Of a DNA stretch of 64,000 bases, positions 62,133 to 64,000 are shown in pieces. A program made the position numbers and the translations under genes. The stretch comes from Marsupella aquatica (taxonomy: Eukaryota > Plantae > Marchantiophyta). The stretch is from the NCBI GenBank assembly GCA_973895155.1, contig OZ316898.1, positions 4,526,480 through 4,590,479 of the forward strand, given 5' to 3'. Numbering within the stretch: position 1 is the stretch's first letter; every line of letters starts with the position of its first letter. The notes under the pieces are model-generated. The model ran no database searches. It had not been told where the DNA came from and saw only the letters and a program-made list of their open reading frames with translations.

Positions 62133-62492
62133 GGATTTACAGGATTAGCACAGTAAATGGTGCAATAATCAGGGTGATTACTTGTGCAATAATCAGGATT
62201 GCACAAGTCAGGATGGTACTCTGGTAGTGAGTGTTGTTGGCAACAATTTTTCAACTTGGTGAAATACTGCCAAAATAGTCCCTTGTGGCCATATGGTACA
62301 AAGAAAGATCACGGGAACAAATCTTAAGCAAGATTGCCAAAATGTGACTTCAGTTGTACTGTTGTGGTTAAGGAGAAAATAATAATCAAAATCTAAGTTA
62401 GTTGTAGTTGGATTGGCCGGATCCTTGAATTTATGATAGTTGTCCTTATTCAAGAAAGTTCTACTGGAGGACTTTCCATAAGCTAAGTAATC

Positions 62493-63876
62493 ATGGAAGC
62501 AAGTTTGGGAGTCATGCAGGCGTCGATGGCAGCAGTGTCAGCAGTGGGAATCTGGACGACCCATCATCGAGCATTGAAAGGAGGAATGGGGATGTTGCCT
62601 CTTGCAGCACCTAGGAGAGCGACCTTACTCCGATGCCAAGCTGGGGAGAGTCCTTCTTCACTGCGCGATGCCGTAGATAAGGCGATGAAGAAAGAAATCA
62701 CAAAGGAAGATAAATCACAAAGGAAGATATCCTCCGCCACCAGGAATCCGACGAATCTGAGAAGAACGCGATGTTAGGAACCAAGCCTGCCATAGGCTCT
62801 TTCTACCGGAAACATCTACTCCAATTCAAGTTATTTATTCTCAGTGACGATATAATAAGCTCGCGTCTTTGCCCCTCCCATTGCGTTCCTCAAAGATTAA
62901 ATATATTATACAATGAAGTGTGGGCCTTTAGTTTGTACCAATGTTTCCTTAGATATTAATACATAAGAAGAGAATCCAGAAGGAGCTGCTGGCTACCCAC
63001 GCCCGGAAATCGAAAGACAGGAGCATCGGAAGTATTTTCGCATTCGACGGTGCGGCTCCCGAGACCATTGACGGACGACTGGTACCTGACTGACCGCACT
63101 CCTACAAACTTTCCTCATTGTTTTGTTCATCTGTCGTAGATTTCTTCCACATGGTTTCCTTGCAATATTGATGGGAAATCGACCAGATTCCCATATATAT
63201 TTTGTGAAGTGCTTCGTCCTGTCCCATGTATGTCGTGGGTGCTCGCGAAACGCTTACGATTTCGCCCAATCTCATAGTGACGAGGGTACCTTTTTTTTAA
63301 AGAATCGTGGCTGCCGGAGCTTACTATATCTGATTTCTCGCTAGCATATTAGAGTTATCGAGATTGAAAGTTATTTGAAATTAGAAATGTGCTCAAATCG
63401 CTGGAAGCGAATATTTGCTAAATGTTGCTTCCTTAGTGTAATGCAATGCATGACAGTAACCAAGTCCTGTGAATCTGGTAAGCGTATCCATGTATGTGTC
63501 TTCTATACACAACTGACTTGTCCAGTTTATTCTGCTGAGCACTATTGATCTCGTTACTGACCTTTGTGTCAACTGCTGCGCATTCAGGCTATGGTAGGCT
63601 TTGTGTGGGCCTTCCTCGCCGAGAAGGCGACTGGACTGTCTGTTGTGGAGCAAGTGTTCACTCCAGGCACCACCGGACTTGTTCTCTTCATTGGTGCGGT
63701 GCAGCTTCTCGCTTACGCGTCCCTGGTGCCCGTCGTAAAACGGAGAATCAACAGACGCGCGCAGCTGGGGCCCGTTCAATGCCCGAGCTGAGCGATGGAA
63801 CGGTCGTCTGGCCATGATCGGGCTTGCAACTTTGCTGCTCCATGAGTTCATTCGCCAGACCCCGGTCTTCCACTGA
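62493..63876 (+). pseudogene. ELIP-like pseudogene (duplicate of 50775-52011; homology runs to the window end)
   Basis: 17-nt duplication at ~62712, ~155-bp insertion at 62810-62965, ~17-nt deletion at ~63015, +1 A in exon 2; no upstream promoter homology. Confidence 0.9.
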
Positions 63877-64000
63877 GCTGTCATTCCTTTGAACGTGGCA
63901 CGTAAGTAAATTTGTACACTAAAGATTTTGCCCAATGTCAAGAGTAGCTTCGCTCACATTGTACAGAAGTAAGCTAGTAAATCGATTTGTTCGAAGGCTC

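Noticed and set aside
63393-63941. 182-aa minus-strand ORF
   Set aside because: Antisense shadow of the ELIP pseudogene exon 2.

Overview
Land-plant nuclear DNA, probably from a non-seed plant (inferred from a RAD54B-type gene and gene style). Host genes: an intronless GT47/exostosin glycosyltransferase (-), mitoribosomal mS23 (+), a multi-exon RAD54B-like SNF2 ATPase (+), a small spliced coiled-coil protein with a DDDGFVYKR motif (-), an ELIP-type LHC-like gene and a 4-TM membrane protein (+). The last two lie in a tandem segmental duplication with an ELIP pseudogene and a Ran GTPase fragment at one breakpoint. The accessory DNA is the most interesting part. (1) A 12.4-kb PIF/Harbinger-superfamily (PHIS) element has Pangu-type ends (AG-starting TIR; ACT target duplication supported by an empty paralogous repeat in the window). 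It carries a transposase, a partner protein and an unexpected third gene for an RPA70 C-terminal-like OB-fold/Zn protein. (2) A young, complete Ty1/copia is nested in it, with gag and pol separated only by one in-frame UGA. (3) A 4.26-kb TG...CA unit with a perfect 5-bp TSD looks like a giant solo LTR holding a decayed ~600-codon gene behind a palindrome array. Small Helitrons, a MULE-like MITE, and CACTA and LINE relics are also present. All homology calls are from motif recognition by eye, not database searches.
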